DNA from: Octopus sinensis
Lineage: Eukaryota
Reading direction: 5' to 3'
Assembly (NCBI RefSeq): GCF_006345805.1
Contig: NC_043000.1
Coordinates: forward strand, 80,290,001 to 80,354,000
Length of the DNA: 64,000 nt
Under the pieces are notes generated by a model. It saw nothing but the letters and a program-made list of their open reading frames with translations, was not told where the DNA came from and ran no database searches. The position numbers were made by a program, and so were the translations under genes. The first letter of the stretch is position 1, and every line of letters begins with the position of its first letter. This document shows, piece after piece, positions 38,821-52,682 of this stretch.

Positions 38821-39184
38821 TAAAATATACCAGAAGAATGTTCCATACCACTAAACCAAGAAGGTTCTTTGAATATGTATGATGTATTATAAGGCTAAAT
38901 AGTCATTTTGTTGACATTTGCATCACTGAGATATTTTGGTTGGATAATATAGTTTTCAGTTTTACCCTTCTTTCTATATTCTGTAAGTGTCGCAATATAG
39001 AAACATCTCTCATGGCACCAGCATACAATTTACTGATGCTTACATTTTTTATGTTCCCTTTGAAGTTTTCACGGGTCCAGCTAGTTATTATTACTTTTTC
39101 CTCTACATTAGTCTATTGCCCCACACTCCTGATACTCTATACTTTCTCCACTTTTTCTCCTTCAGCCTCTCTTTATTTAGCTTT

Positions 39185-39226
<42 letters not shown>

Positions 39227-39262
39227 AATATATATACATATATATATAAATATATATATATA

Positions 39263-39480
39263 TAAGGCGAGCTGCTGGCAGAAACGTTAGTGCGCCGGGT
39301 GAAATGCGTAGCTGTATTTCGTCTGCCATTATGTTCTGAGTCCAAATTCCGCCAAGGTTGACTTTGCCTTTCATCCTTTCGGGGTCGATAAATAAAGTAC
39401 CAGTTACACACTGTGGTCGATGTAATCGACTTAATCCCTTTGTCTGTCCTTGTTTGTCCCCTCTATGTTTAGCCCCTTGT
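39263..39480 (+). mobile_element. SINE family B (least diverged copy, CpGs retained)
   Basis: aaggcgagctgctggcagaaacgttagtgcgccggg...cctttcggggtcgataaataaagtaccag. Confidence 0.85.
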
Positions 39481-40556
39481 GAGCAATAAAGAAATATATA
39501 TATATAAATAATAAAATATTAGGGAATAAATCCAAACTTACAGGGAAAAATCAGATTTAGGATTAAATCCAATTTTATAGTATAAATATATTATATTATA
39601 TTATATTAAATTAGAGACAAAACCACTATTAGGCAAATCAAACAATGAAAAACATAAGCCAATACATAAAATTAATTAATTTATATTATTTTAAATATAT
39701 ATCAAAAGGCGAACAGGGAAAATATGATAGAACTCAATTTATGAGTGTATATATATTTTTTATATTTTGTATATTTTATATTTTATATTTTGTATATTAT
39801 ATTAATTATTTTTATTTTTATGTTTTGGTTTATGTTTTTCATTGTTTGATTTGCCTAATAGTGGTTTTATCTCTAATTTAATTTTTATATATATATATAT
39901 TTAGCAGAAGCAACAGAATGACTCAAGGGCATTAGCATTTATCAAACAAACACAAATAAATATATATATATATGTAATGATCTTTTGAATGATAATTGAT
40001 GAAGAAAGAGCATATGCCTGTCTTGTGCATGAATTTTCCATTTGTTTCTTTGTCACATGCTTCTGTTTAATTCTTGAGAAAACATCTCATATTGGCTTTT
40101 GGTGCAAAATGCACTCTTGTTTATGGCACCAGCAGAGAGATAAATCCCCACCACTTCCAGTGTTGAGACCACCAGATCATGTGATTTCAACCTTCCTTGG
40201 TTTTGTCAATGATGGACACTCGACTGCTAGAGATGGCAGTGACTCATTTCTCCGCCAATAATATATAGGATAACAGTATCAGAACAGGTGCTGGTGTTGC
40301 GATTAGCCAATGAGCTAGCAATATAAACAGTGATGATGATGTTATATCTGTTGTTGATGATGTTTTTTGATGAACAGGATGAAAACCTCTTCACCAATGG
40401 GATCCAACCACTGCAACACTGATAAAAGTGTGTGAACCACATGGGGGACTATGTTGAAAACTGAACCACTTTTGGTCATATTCCATGAGAGTATTTTGGT
40501 CAGTATACAAACTTTTCAGCTGACTGTTGTGTGTGTCTATATATTTCCCAATCTCC

Positions 40557-40599
<43 letters not shown>

Positions 40600-40605
<6 letters not shown>

Positions 40606-40900
40606 TTCTTGCTCAATGGGGCTGGGGTAATCCTAGGTTAGCAGTCCCAGAGACATCATTGTGCATAGAGCTGACCAAGCCTGTCAGTGCTCCGCATCAC
40701 TGGCAGTCCTATGCCAGCCACCATTCTGTATCCTCCAAGGTGACATTGAGCCTCTGGAGATCTTCCTTAATTATGTTCAGCCATTTGGTGTGGAGCCTGC
40801 CACATAGGCTGCCTTAGGGCTTCTTACCACTTGCCAGATCATCTGGTGAGACGATCTGGCATAAGGTGGAGGACATGTCCATATCAGTGCATGTAGCTCA
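40600..40900 (-). mobile_element. RTE-type LINE 3' fragment
   Basis: Minus-strand GRLHTKWLNIIKEDLQRLNVTLED resembles an RTE C-terminus and ends at a (GA)n tract. Confidence 0.55.
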
Positions 40901-42294
40901 TGGCTATGAGGCTACTGAAGAAAAAGCAAAAAATGTAATATCACCAATAGGATGTAATATCACTCACAGGATCCGAACACCATGCCTGCTATATATCATT
41001 AACATTATCATCATCATTATCATCAGTTATACAATTTACTGCAACTTACATTTACAAGTTATTGATGAACACCCAGCTCTGGCAGAAGATACTTATGCAA
41101 TGTCTGACACAGTGGAATCAAATATGAAATCACATGATTGTGAAGTACAGCTGATCGGGAAGATTTGTTGCTTTGGACTCTTCAATGGGGAACCAATTCC
41201 TTAAACAAGAAAACAAACTAGGCTATGAAATGAGACAAAACATTATTCTACTCTACTATGGTATCAAGTACTTTTCTCCTGTTCATTAACATGTGCATAT
41301 TTATGTGTGTATGTGCATGTGTATGTGTATACACTTACACATACTTGCAATGTCTTGGTACACATACTCGCTTTCATATATATGTGAATATATGCTTACA
41401 CACATGCATATATACATCCAAATTATATTCGTATATATTTTCCGAAGATTAATTTTACCACCCTTCTGCACACATCACAAAATACAGCAAAAATACAAAA
41501 TTACAATAAAAATAAAGCAATAAGATATCAGGAAAAAATATCAAAAAATATGTTAATAAAGATAAGAAACCATTACAAAATCAAAACCCAGAAAATAACG
41601 CATAAAACCATCCAATAATAGAAATAAAAAGACATGGCAAAGTAGAGAATTACAGAAGAATAATTCCACAGAGATTGTGAGAAATAAAATACTACAAATA
41701 TAGTCGTAGATATAGAAAAAAAGTAGTCTTAGAGGGAGATAAATGTATTTAATAGAACAAATAATAATAAAAAAATCTCTGAAATAAAATTAGAGAGATA
41801 GATAAATATAATTAATAAGAGGTAAAAAACAGTAAAAATGCTATGAATAAATGTGTGTGTCATCTGAGTATTTGCAATATTCTGATTTTTGCAGTTTTTG
41901 TAAATGATTCCAAAATAATTGCAGCATCAATTCTTTCTTAGACAACCACCTACCATCTCTGGGAATGAAAGATGAATATTATAAACTGAAAGAAAAAAAA
42001 AAACATTGATTGGTTTCAAACTATATTGTTAGTATGCTTACTAGTAGAAAGGGAGGCAGTGCCTGCTAGTAAATCATATGAAACGTGGGTGAGAAGAAAT
42101 TAGTGTGGTGAAATGGATCTATGCAAGCTGGTTGTAAGTTCATAGCAAGAAATGAGTGAAGACATTGGCATTTGCTATCCTGGATTCTGATTGGAGGTGC
42201 CTCAAAATACACATGGGCTACCCCTTCCCCCGTTTTAGAGATCCTTTCTTCTTATGTTTTTGTTCTATATTTTTATTTCTATTTATTATTCTAT

Positions 42295-42485
42295 ATTGGT
42301 TTTAAATTTTGGCACAAGACCAGTTGTTTTGGGGGAGGGGAATGGTCAGTTACATCGACCTCCAATGTTCAACTGATACTTATTTTACTAACCCTGAAAG
42401 GAGGAACAGCACATTTGACCTTGGCAGAATTTGAGCTCAGAACATAAAGAGGGATGAAATACCACTAAGCATTTTGACTGGCATG
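42295..42485 (-). mobile_element. SINE family B
   Basis: Reverse complement of the B body (tttggcacaag, aactgatacttatttt, gaatttgagctcagaac). Confidence 0.7.
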
Positions 42486-43029
42486 TAGCAGAAGCAACAG
42501 CAGTAGCGGTAGTGCTAGTATGGTGGTAGAGGTCCTCTCATTTTAAAATATTCTTCTAAGTCCTCCTTTCAGTCTGGGAGTGAAACAAGGAGTTAGAGTC
42601 AGGGGTAGAAGAGTAGGGGTGGTTGAACACCACTCCTCGATGTCCCCTGCCACCATCTATTGACTCTAGAATATTGAATCTGCAGTATTTTTCTTTTCTT
42701 TTTGCTTCTCTTGTCTAATTGGAAACAAAGGTATATTGAAAATCAATATGTATGTATGCATATACATGTATCTATGCATACATTACATAGACACACACAT
42801 ACATATATGTGTACGTATATGTGTGTGTGTGCATATATATATATATATACACACACATATATACATGCATAGTCCATATATATATATATACATGTACATA
42901 TGTATATACACACACTAAATATATATACGGATAGATATAGATACATGGGTACATATGTGTGCATGTAAGTGTACTAGACAAGAACATTTAATTTGAGTAT
43001 AAATGGAGACATGCTTCTTTAAGCATCTG

Positions 43030-43046
43030 ACTAACTAAAGTTTATT

Positions 43047-43110
<64 letters not shown>
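43030..43110. repeat. (CA)n microsatellite
   Basis: Direct inspection. Confidence 0.95.
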
Positions 43111-43111
<1 letters not shown>

Positions 43112-43670
43112 CACACACACATACATATGCACTTACATTACACACACACACTCAAACACACAAACACTCTCACATTTCACACATACACTGACAAAGGTGT
43201 GCACACACACATGTACACAAACACTATGTGTGTGCATATGTGTGTGTATGTTTGTGTCTTCCTCTTTCATTTTGTCATGATAATGTATAAAATGTTTATT
43301 TTCTACTTCATAAGCACAGACAAGGCTGTCTTAATAAGAATTTTGCTTGCGTCATACCATGTGTGCACTGATTGTAAACAAAAGCCTCACTGCTCGTATA
43401 GGTGGTGTCATTTGTTTTCAGTCCCCTGTGAAAGCATGTTCAAACTGTTCGTCCTTTTATAGACAAAAGAATTATTTTGCTTTGAAACAAGTTAAGGAGT
43501 GGCATCAGGAAGGATGTCCAGCTATAGAAACTTCTCGTCAAAATCTCATCTGACCCATGCAAGCATAGAATAGTAGATGTAAAACTAATGATGATGGTGA
43601 TGATTATTTTCTTATTTTTGTTGTGGTGCTTTGTAGTGTATGGGAGACACAAATGACATTTCTACATATA

Positions 43671-44048
43671 GGTGCAGGTGTGGTTGTGTTGTAAGAAGCT
43701 TGCTTCCCAACCACATGGTTCTGGATTCAATTCACCTGTGCTTTGGGCTGGTATCTTCTTCTATAGCCTCAGTCTTGAATGGATTTAGTAGACAGAAACT
43801 GAAAGAAGACTGTCATATATACATATGTATATGTGTTTGTGTATGTGTGTGATAGTGTGTGTATGTGTGTTTGTGTCCGTGTTTGTCCCACACCACTGCT
43901 TGGCAACTGGTGTTGGGGCTGTTTGCATTCCCGTAACTTAACAGTTGGGCAAAAGAGGAAGATACAATAAATACCGGGCTTTTAAAAAACAAAAATTGAA
44001 ATTGTTCAAGGCTGTGTCCCAGCATTGCCACAGTCTAATGGCTGAATC
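43671..44048 (+). mobile_element. SINE family A
   Basis: Head gtaagaagcttgcttcccaaccacatggttc, body gacagaaactgaaagaag, degenerate tail. Confidence 0.8.
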
Positions 44049-44204
44049 AGTTAGAAGATATAGATGGTGATGGTGGTGTCAGTAGTGGTCATGTTGGCAA
44101 TGACAGTAATGGTCATAATAGTAGTGGTGGTGATTGTTTTAGTTATGGTAGTTGTGATGGTGTTGGGAGTGAAGATGATGTTGGTGGTGATGCTGCTACA
44201 ATAG

Positions 44205-44310
44205 TTGTTGCTATTGATGTTGATGATGGTGATGATGATGATGATGATGATGATGAGGATGATGAGGATGATGAGGATGATGAAGATGATGAAGATGATG
44301 ATGATGATGG
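44205..44310. repeat. (GAT)n microsatellite with GAG/GAA variants
   Basis: Direct inspection. Confidence 0.9.
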
Positions 44311-45715
44311 TAATGGTTATGGGGGCTTGTGAGGGGTGATACTGGAAAAGAAAAATGATTAAAGTTTACATTTTTCATGATTCAGATTAAATTTGTTGAG
44401 GCAGGTTTGTTATGGTTAGATGTTCTTCCAATCACTAACCCTCACGTGTTTCCATGCAAGGTAATATTGATGTATTTTCAGGGAAGATTGGAAATGAAGA
44501 CACCACTTGTATGATGGTGAGACTTGTTTACAGCTATCATGCAATGTCAAGATGAGGAGACACAAACACACACATATACATACATACAAATGTGTGTGTG
44601 TGTGTGCATATGGATGTGTGTTTGATAGGCTTTGTATAGTTTCTTTGAAGTTATAGTAGAAGACACTTACTCAAGGTTCCATAATATGGGGAATGAATCT
44701 AAAACTATGTAGCTAGAAGGGAACTTCTTAACTACACAGTCATAACAGTAATGAGCAACTGAACTATGATCACAGTCATGTTCTACTGCATAAATTATTT
44801 AGTTATGTCATCTTACACATTTTTATAAATAATAATTAATATATATAGGGAAAACTATATAAGCAGATTACATTATCAAATCTTCAAAGATTATTTAACA
44901 CAGATAATTTTTTAAAAGTTTTATACTTGACATTAGACAGTGTTATGGTATCAATGACTGTAACTATTATACAAGTTCTTTTCACATTCTTCTTTTTTTT
45001 ATGTGTATATAAGAATGTTCAAGGAGTTTTGAATGCTGGTCATGTCATATAATTTAAATTAAAATACACTATATAATTACAGATGCAGAAGTTTGACAAA
45101 ATAATAGATATACTGTGTTAAATGGACGTTTTACTAATATGGAATTGGTCCAACTTGGCTTCAGGCACAGATTTGATATGTTGAGAAATTGACTTGTACA
45201 GGTTCTAAACAATTGTTAATAGGATTCTGAGCCATCCATCAATTAAATCTTGCTTTAGCTCTTTCAGTGGCTCCTTACTTGTTGTTCCACAATACATTAT
45301 AAATATTCTGTTATATTGAAAGCTGGTGATTAGGGAGGGCCAGTCTAAGTGGTTTATTTCACATTTGTACTCTTTGTCAATTTTGAAAAAACACATGGTA
45401 GATTATAATCATGGAAAATTGTACTGATGTAAAGGAACAGTGTCTTTACCATAGAATGGATAGGATCAGCCAAAATATTTAGATTGTCTTTGGGGTTAAA
45501 TTTGTCATGTAGAACAAGTAAAGACAGAGAATTTCATCATATGGCAGCCCAAATCCTCACAGAACCATCTCCATGCTTGCCAGTAGGATCCAAACCGTCT
45601 TTGAGCTGTCCAGACATAAACTCAAACTGAAGTAGAGAAAAATGGGTGAATGATGGTTCTTAAGAGAAGATAACATTGTTCTATTTAGCTTTTGACCACA
45701 TCTGATAGCCTAGAC

Positions 45716-46060
45716 CAGTGGTTCACAATCGGATTCTGTATGGCTCCTGAGAGTCCATACAAGATTAGGGGTGGGCACGCAGCAAAATACTAAACTGGAA
45801 TCCACAAAAAAACTTTAAGGGACCCTGAACAAATTTTGCTTTAGAAGTATGTATTGGTATGTATTGCAAGAAACAGCTTGGCTTCTTTCACTAATCTTAA
45901 ATCATTCAACCTACACAAGTTAATGTGTGAAAGACAAAATAGTAATTTTGAAATAAGTTTTTATAAGACTTGTCTTTAAAAATAGAATGGCTGTAGGGGT
46001 TCCAGCAAAATGAAATAGCAAGCAAAGGGCTCCATAGATAAAAATAGTTGAGAACCCCTG
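45716..46060. mobile_element. hAT (Charlie-type) MITE, 345 bp
   Basis: TIRs cagtggttcacaa and ttgagaacccctg. 8-bp TSD gcctagac / atctagac with the CTAGA core typical of Charlie-type hATs. Confidence 0.85.
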
Positions 46061-46605
46061 ATCTAGACACTATTTTTTCTCTGCTTATCAAATATAGATG
46101 AGGAATAGGAAAAATTAGCGACTCCATCTCTTTCATAGTATTCAGCTCTATGAAGCTAACAACAAATAGTTTTGGTTGACACATGGTTGATAAGGTGGTG
46201 TTTTAGCTCAGCTGTCTCTTTTGCTGCTGCCGTATTTTGGTGTTTTTAGTCACAATACATCTCACTCTTTTACAACCCCTCTCAGTGAGATTTGTCTTTT
46301 ATCTAGAATTATGTTCACCAGAGCTGCTTCTTTCTTGGTTTTGGGATTCCAAATTATTTTAGAGTTTGTACTTCTTGAAGCATTAAACAATTCAGCAGTT
46401 TTAGTGACTAAAGTTCCAATCATCCATTCACTAACAATTTATCCTCCTTAGAAATCAAACAGGTTACTTATTTTAACTCATTTAATATAAATATCTGCAA
46501 AAGAATAATAAAGATAAAAAGAGGGCAAGTCATGAAGAACAAGACATACCTAATGCATATGAGTACATATATACAAGCAAGAACAGTTTTGAATTTGCCA
46601 TATTG

Positions 46606-46664
<59 letters not shown>

Positions 46665-46675
46665 GTATGTATATA

Positions 46676-47912
46676 CAGGTATTGGACAAAATAATGGACC
46701 ATGTTAGCATCATAATTTTGAAATATCTATAAAACCATCAAAAGCTTGTTTATTTTTATGTTATTTGATTTATTATTAGTGTTGCTTAATATGTTTTGCT
46801 AAAATTGCTGTTTCTTTACAGATGTCATCAGAAAAAGGTAATTAAAATTCATTAAAATGATAGCTCTATTGGACTTTCAAAAAGATCAAATTGTTGGTGC
46901 TTGTATGGCAGGTGGTAGCATAATGAAAACAGCTGAAATGTTTGGTGTATCAAGAAGTACTGTCTCAAAAGTAATGATAGCTTTGAGAAAGAGGGGAAAA
47001 CGTCTGCATCAAAACAAAACTTTGGAAGAAAACCAGAACTTTCAGATATGGACCATTGGACTCCTATGCGAATTGTTAGAAAGGATCACAAAAGTACAGC
47101 TCCCACAATTATTGCAGAGCTTAAGGACCACCTCGAGAACCCAGTTTCCACAAAAACTGTTCACCGGGAGCTGTACAAAGCTGGATTTTATGGGAGGGCT
47201 GCAATCAGAAAACCACTACTTTCAAAAACAAACGTATCAAAGTGTTCAGAGTGGAGTAAAAACCTACAGAATTGGTCCTTAGAGCAGTGGAAGAATGTTA
47301 TTTTCTCGGACAAGTCATCCTTTACCTCTTTTCCTACCACCAGCCAAGTATATATGCGGAGACAGTAAAAAAAAGCATTGACCCAGACTGCCTTCTTCCA
47401 ACTTTTAAACATGGAGGAGGATCTGTGATGATCGGTGGGGGGGGGGGCTATATCTTGGAAATCCACCTGCCCAATGGTTTCCCTTCACAGCAGAATTTAA
47501 TAGTCTAAACTGTTTAAGCATTTTATCTGATCAAATTCATCCTGTGGTTGCAGAACTGTTTCTGGAGGGTAATGCAATCTTTCAGGATGATAATGCACTA
47601 ATTCACACATCTAAAGTTGTTACTGAATGGCACGAGGAACATTCTAGTGAAGTTGAACATCTTATCTGGCCACCACAGTCCCCAGATCTATATATTATTG
47701 AACATCTATGGCGCATTTTAGAAAAGCAAGTAAGGATTCAATATCCTCCACCATCATCACTACAAGAACTGGAGACTGTTTTAGTTGAAAAATGGACAAA
47801 AATTCCTTTGGAAACCATTCAAACTTTGTACGAGTCCATACCTCATAGAATTCAAGCTGTAATTACTTTGTTGGAAATTTTAAGGTGTTTCTATTATTTT
47901 GTCTAACCCCTG
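46676..47912 (+). mobile_element. Full-length decayed Tc1-like transposon with DD36E spacing
   Basis: TA-caggtattggacaaaataatg and ctattattttgtctaacccctg-TA termini. HTH segment FQKDQIVGA...FGVSRSTVSKV; catalytic NVIFSD, FQDDNA and SPDLYIIE, with 36 residues between the second D and the E. Confidence 0.92.
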
Positions 47913-47934
47913 TATATATATATATATATATATA

Positions 47935-48230
47935 TAAGAGGTAATGGTGTCGTTGAGACCCTAAGATGAATTTTACATATATACCATTCTGCCTAAAAAA
48001 TGGATCTACAAATTCAATATCCCTACATATCTCATATCTATTTTCTTTCCTCCACCTCACTCTCTATTTTGTATCCTACCTAAATTAACTATTACTTAAC
48101 CATCCTTTCACACCATCTCCGATGAAGGGATATAATTATTAAATACCCTGGAAACAGCTATAAGACCTTCTATCTATAAATGTTCTAATATCTACACAGC
48201 CTTGGTTTTTATCTCATTACGCAAAAAATT
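47935..48230 (+). mobile_element. Penelope-like 3' end (pseudo-LTR) fragment
   Basis: KKWIYKFN resembles a GIY-YIG C-terminus. It is followed by a pyrimidine-rich tract and a hammerhead-like motif. Confidence 0.5.
48116..48165 (+). ncRNA. Degenerate minimal hammerhead-ribozyme-like motif
   Basis: tct-CCGATGA-aggg...ccct-g-GAAAC-AGCT-ATA-aga. It has core boxes, stem II, a palindromic loop 3 and a 3-bp stem I, but several non-canonical positions. Confidence 0.4.
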
Positions 48231-48236
48231 TTTATA

Positions 48237-49317
48237 TCTATATATATAAAACTCAACTTGTGTGTCTGTGTGTTTATCTTCCTGGCACATCTCCTCCTAG
48301 CCAACAAATCGTAGAACCACCAAAAATGGGTCACTTAAAGTTTAGGTGAATGAAAATTGAACTGCACTATTTCTGTTCCGAAATTCATCTCGCAAGTGCA
48401 AAAATCGATAATGTGTTTTTTTAGGCCTTATCCCATGCATTGAATAGTGAACTTTACTTAGTCAGCTGTATGATGTGAACTGTGTTCACCACGCATGCAA
48501 GAATGCGTAAATTGCATGAAAAATAAAAAATCAAGATATAAAAACAAATCGCTGTAAACATTGTAGAAATTCGGCAAAGAAATGAATTTTCGGGATGTAG
48601 CCTGGAGGGTTTTTTATATTAATCGTTTGGACTTTGTGAACACATACCAATTGTTTTCATAACATTTTTAACGCTTTGAATTAAATGTGACCATTTTGCA
48701 TTGAGTCTGCAGTTTGAATCACTTTAACCAAATTTTAGCAGGCTGGATTTTTGATCATCACGATACATCGCCAGCGACTCCCTGAAACTCTCCCCTGAAA
48801 TCCCCGTTGAGAAATCTATATATATAAAACTCAACTTGTGTGTCTGTGTGTGTATCTGAGTGTCTGTGTGTTTAACTTTTGGATCTACCAAGTTTCATTA
48901 TTAAGGATGGAAAGTAGTGTGTAGCAAATCTATATATATAAAGCTGAAGTTGTCTGTGTGCGGCAGGTTTGGTAGCCTTCAACTAACACTATTTCCTTCG
49001 AGACCCTGCAGCACAAGTTGATCAAAATTGAGAGTATGATAGAAGAAGGCTTGCTCTTCATTCTGTAGAAGATAAAATTCAAATCGGACCATGTTAGCAC
49101 CAAAAATTATTTACATCAAAAAGGTGCCTTTTTTCTATGAAAATCCCTATTTTTTACGATTTTTGACTGCTGAGTCACCATTTTTCGGTGTATTTCAACT
49201 GGAAAAATGTTCACTTGAAGAGAATAACAAGTTACACAATGCAAAATTTTTACTTTTCAAAAATTCCAATTCTGAAGGGCCAAAACAAACCCAAGCAACA
49301 CCGGGTGATACTGCTAG
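48237..49317 (+). mobile_element. Non-autonomous Helitron composite (three 5' TC ends, one 3' CTAG end)
   Basis: A|TCTATATATATAAA starts at 48237, 48815 and 48929. The 3' terminus gcaacaccgggtgatactgCTAG|T is at 49317. Confidence 0.8.
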
Positions 49318-50214
49318 TATATATATGAGTGTTGTCTCCATTAGCTTTAAATTGTCAGCTCCAAGGCCATCTTCTCTGTTCCACGTAGTTTGAATTTAGT
49401 CACTGCTGATGGACCCTTGGTGTTTTCCATGAGAGTGCATTTGTTCAACTGCTATGAATGGTAGTAGATGCAAACAAACAGTTGTATAATCAAATACCGG
49501 ATAATAAATGAATGTCCAGTTGTACTCCTTCTTCTTGACTCCAATTTCTTCAATTTACATTCACATATGACAATTGCCCAAAATTGAACTTGGAAGTTTA
49601 TAATAATACTACCAATAGTACTGGGTAATTCCAAAGGTTGGCGAGCTTTATACTGTACTCTACCATGTTCCTAACAGAACATAACATAACTATATATATG
49701 TATTATACATATATACACATACACACACACCACACACATACACACATTGAAGCAGTTCTCATTATAATGTCTGTGTGAAATAATGTAAAACTAAAAAAAG
49801 TTCGCATATTGTATGCCTCTCAAAACCAAATTTTTTAAACTTTTATTTTTCTCTTCTTTCATTGGTAACTCATATTTTCAAATCAGTAAAATATAAATAA
49901 ATATGTAAATATATAATAATGGGTAATAATTCTATTCATTCAATTTTTATTTTATTTCACGAACCTCATCTAAGATACAATCTGTATATATCTACTGTCT
50001 TGATAGAGATTTGATTCTTTTAAGCTACATCAATACATAACATATTCAGTTAACAATGAAACCTAAACACGGTATTCTATTTAACTGATATAAATTCATA
50101 TGCTTATGCAGCAGGGTTTGTCTGATCTTTCTCAGATGTGGAGCTTGCAAAATGTCTCCTAATTTTTCAGTAACAAGTTGCCTTTCTACTGGCCATTTAT
50201 ATATAATAATGAAC

Positions 50215-50321
50215 ACTGCGTGGCATCTTGGGCAAGTGTCTTCTGCTATAGCCCCGGGCCGACCAATGCCTTGTGAGTGGATTTGGCAGATGGAAACTGA
50301 AAGAAGCCTGTCGTATATATG

Positions 50322-50352
<31 letters not shown>

Positions 50353-51460
50353 TTGTATGTCTGTGTTTGTCCCCCTAGCATTGCTTGACAACCAATGCTG
50401 GTGTGTTTAGATCCCCGTCACTTAGCGGTTCGGCAAAAGAGACCGATAGAATGGCTTACAAAGAATAAGTCCCAGGGTCAATTTGCTCAACTAAAGGCGA
50501 TGCTCCAGCATGGCCGCAGTCAAATGACTGAAACAAGTAAAAGAGTAAAAGAGTAAAGAGTATTATAAGAAGCTGAGACAAATAGATAAATAGGTACAAG
50601 TGTTGCTGTGTGGTAAGAAATTTGCTTCCCAACTACATGGTTCTGGGTTCAGTTCCACTGCATTGTACCTTCGGATTGACCAAAGCCTTGCGAGTGGATC
50701 TGGTAGATAAAAATTGAAAGAAGCCTTCCCAACTACATGGTTTTGGGTCCAGTCCCATTGCATGGTGTCTTGGGCAAGTGTCTTCTACTATGGTTTTAGG
50801 CCAGCAAAGCGATGTGGGCAGATTTGGTAGATGGAATCTGTGTGTGTGTCTCTTTGTGTTTGTGTTTGTCCTTCCACCATGACTTGACACCAGGTGTTAG
50901 CAGTTCAGCAAAAGAGATTGACAGAATAAGTAAAAGGTTTATAGACAAAAGAATAAGAACTTGGGTTGATAAGTTCAGCTAAGAAAAAATAATTCTTCAA
51001 GGCAGTGCTCCAGCATGGCCACATTCTAGTGACTAAAATAAGTAAAGGATAAAAGATGAAACATATATATATATATATATATATATATCCAACTGTAGTA
51101 AAAATCTTGTCAAAACAGTCACAGAAGTTTGGTGTAGGCTTGGCCTGACTAGCTCTCGTGGTACCATCCCACCCATGCTTGCATGGAATACAGACGTTAA
51201 ATGAGATTGATAATGATATGTATGTGCGTGCATGTGTGTCTTTGTTTATGTGTTTGTCCTCCACTGCTTGACAACTGGTGTTGGTGTGTTTACATCCCCA
51301 TAACTTAGAAGTTTAGCAAAAGATACTGATAGAATAAGTACCAAGCTTCAAAAAAAAAAAAAAGGAGAAAGATAAGTCCTGTGGTTGATTCATTCGTCTA
51401 AAAATTCTTCAAGACAGTGCTCCAGTATGGCCACTGTCTAATGAAACAAGTAAGAAATAG
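50215..51460 (+). mobile_element. Cluster of SINE family A copies (50215-50550, 50595-51060 with duplicated head, 51225-51460 3' half)
   Basis: Repeated A bodies and tails. An RTE-type tail fragment (cccatgcttgcatggaa...gacgttaaatga) lies at ~51085-51215. Confidence 0.8.
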
Positions 51461-52616
51461 AAGATATGTAGAGTGAAGAAATGTACAAATTGAAAGTAGC
51501 TGGCTGACAAACTGCTAGGAAGTTTGCCATACACAATTCTAATGTTTGGTTTTAGTCTAAGTGCTTGGTTTTTGTTATTGTATGGTTTTGGATTAAGTGG
51601 TAAGAAAAAGCACTCATAATGTTTACTATGAACAAAAAAAGGTGTAGCGTATAGGTGCCGACATGACTGTATTGTTGAACACTTTGAGTATTTGGTGATA
51701 AGAATATTTTGATTTGGTTGCCATTTGTGTGATGATTTGTTTGAGTTGAGAGATGGAACCAAGAACAAGAATATAAAATATTTATTTATCATTAAATGAA
51801 ACACATTACTGTTACTATGAATGACAGAAAAGAAATACTTATTCTAGTTTAAACAATTCAGGAGTTTCTGAGCTCTGTTGCCTGCCGAGGACAATAGCTG
51901 TGAGTGGTGTGTCTTCTAGCATCAGTCTGGTTTCAGTTGTGCACTACCATGGGCAGCTTGTAGACAGCCGGTTCTGTAGGTGATGGTACTGTTAAGGGAA
52001 AAGAGTACCACAAACAAAATACTAATGACATCTTGTTTCTATCAGAGATTCAAGTAGTTACTTCTTCACTGACATTATCAATCCTTGACTGAATCACTTT
52101 TATGTTTCTTAGTTGATTTTTGCATTTAGATACAGCAATTTCAACCAGAGATTTGATTGACCAGTTGCTTGCTGATGTCCTTAATCTCTAACAAGGTCCT
52201 GGTTATGTTTTTATGTTTAAACACAATTCAGGTTCAATACTTAGGCAATGAGTATATATCATATAATATATATGATAACTTTAAAAAAAACCTTGGAGCT
52301 AAGGGTTTAAAACTTTGCAACATCAAGATGTGATTGGCTTAAACATTTCAAGAATTGCTTAACGTTACATCTCATATAGATAACTGGAATGTGAGGGCAA
52401 ATATAGCTAAAGACTGCATTAAAATGACTGGTTCTTCTCTTTAGGATCAGAGAACAACCACTAATCCTTTTGTATGTGAGAGCAATGCTGCTACTAAGTC
52501 ATTACTGAATTACTGAACTGTGTCCAAAGACAAGTCATTCCCTTGATTGCCATAAAATCCCTTCTAGACAGGCTCTGACCTCTAGCCCACACATATTCTA
52601 GCCCTTTCGCTGCTTC

Positions 52617-52617
52617 T

Positions 52618-52682
<65 letters not shown>

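Noticed and set aside
41050-41204. ORF segment VIDEHPALAED after a possible AG, considered as a kinesin exon
   Set aside because: It lacks the expected EVYNN..DLL motif and runs into a stop without a good donor.
49570-49630. PKLNLEVYNN, resembling kinesin VEVYNN
   Set aside because: Wrong spacing, immediate stop and no splice sites; likely chance.
51860-52185. QLVDS and LLADVL strings resembling KIF25 motifs
   Set aside because: The surrounding residues do not match, and the frames close with stops.
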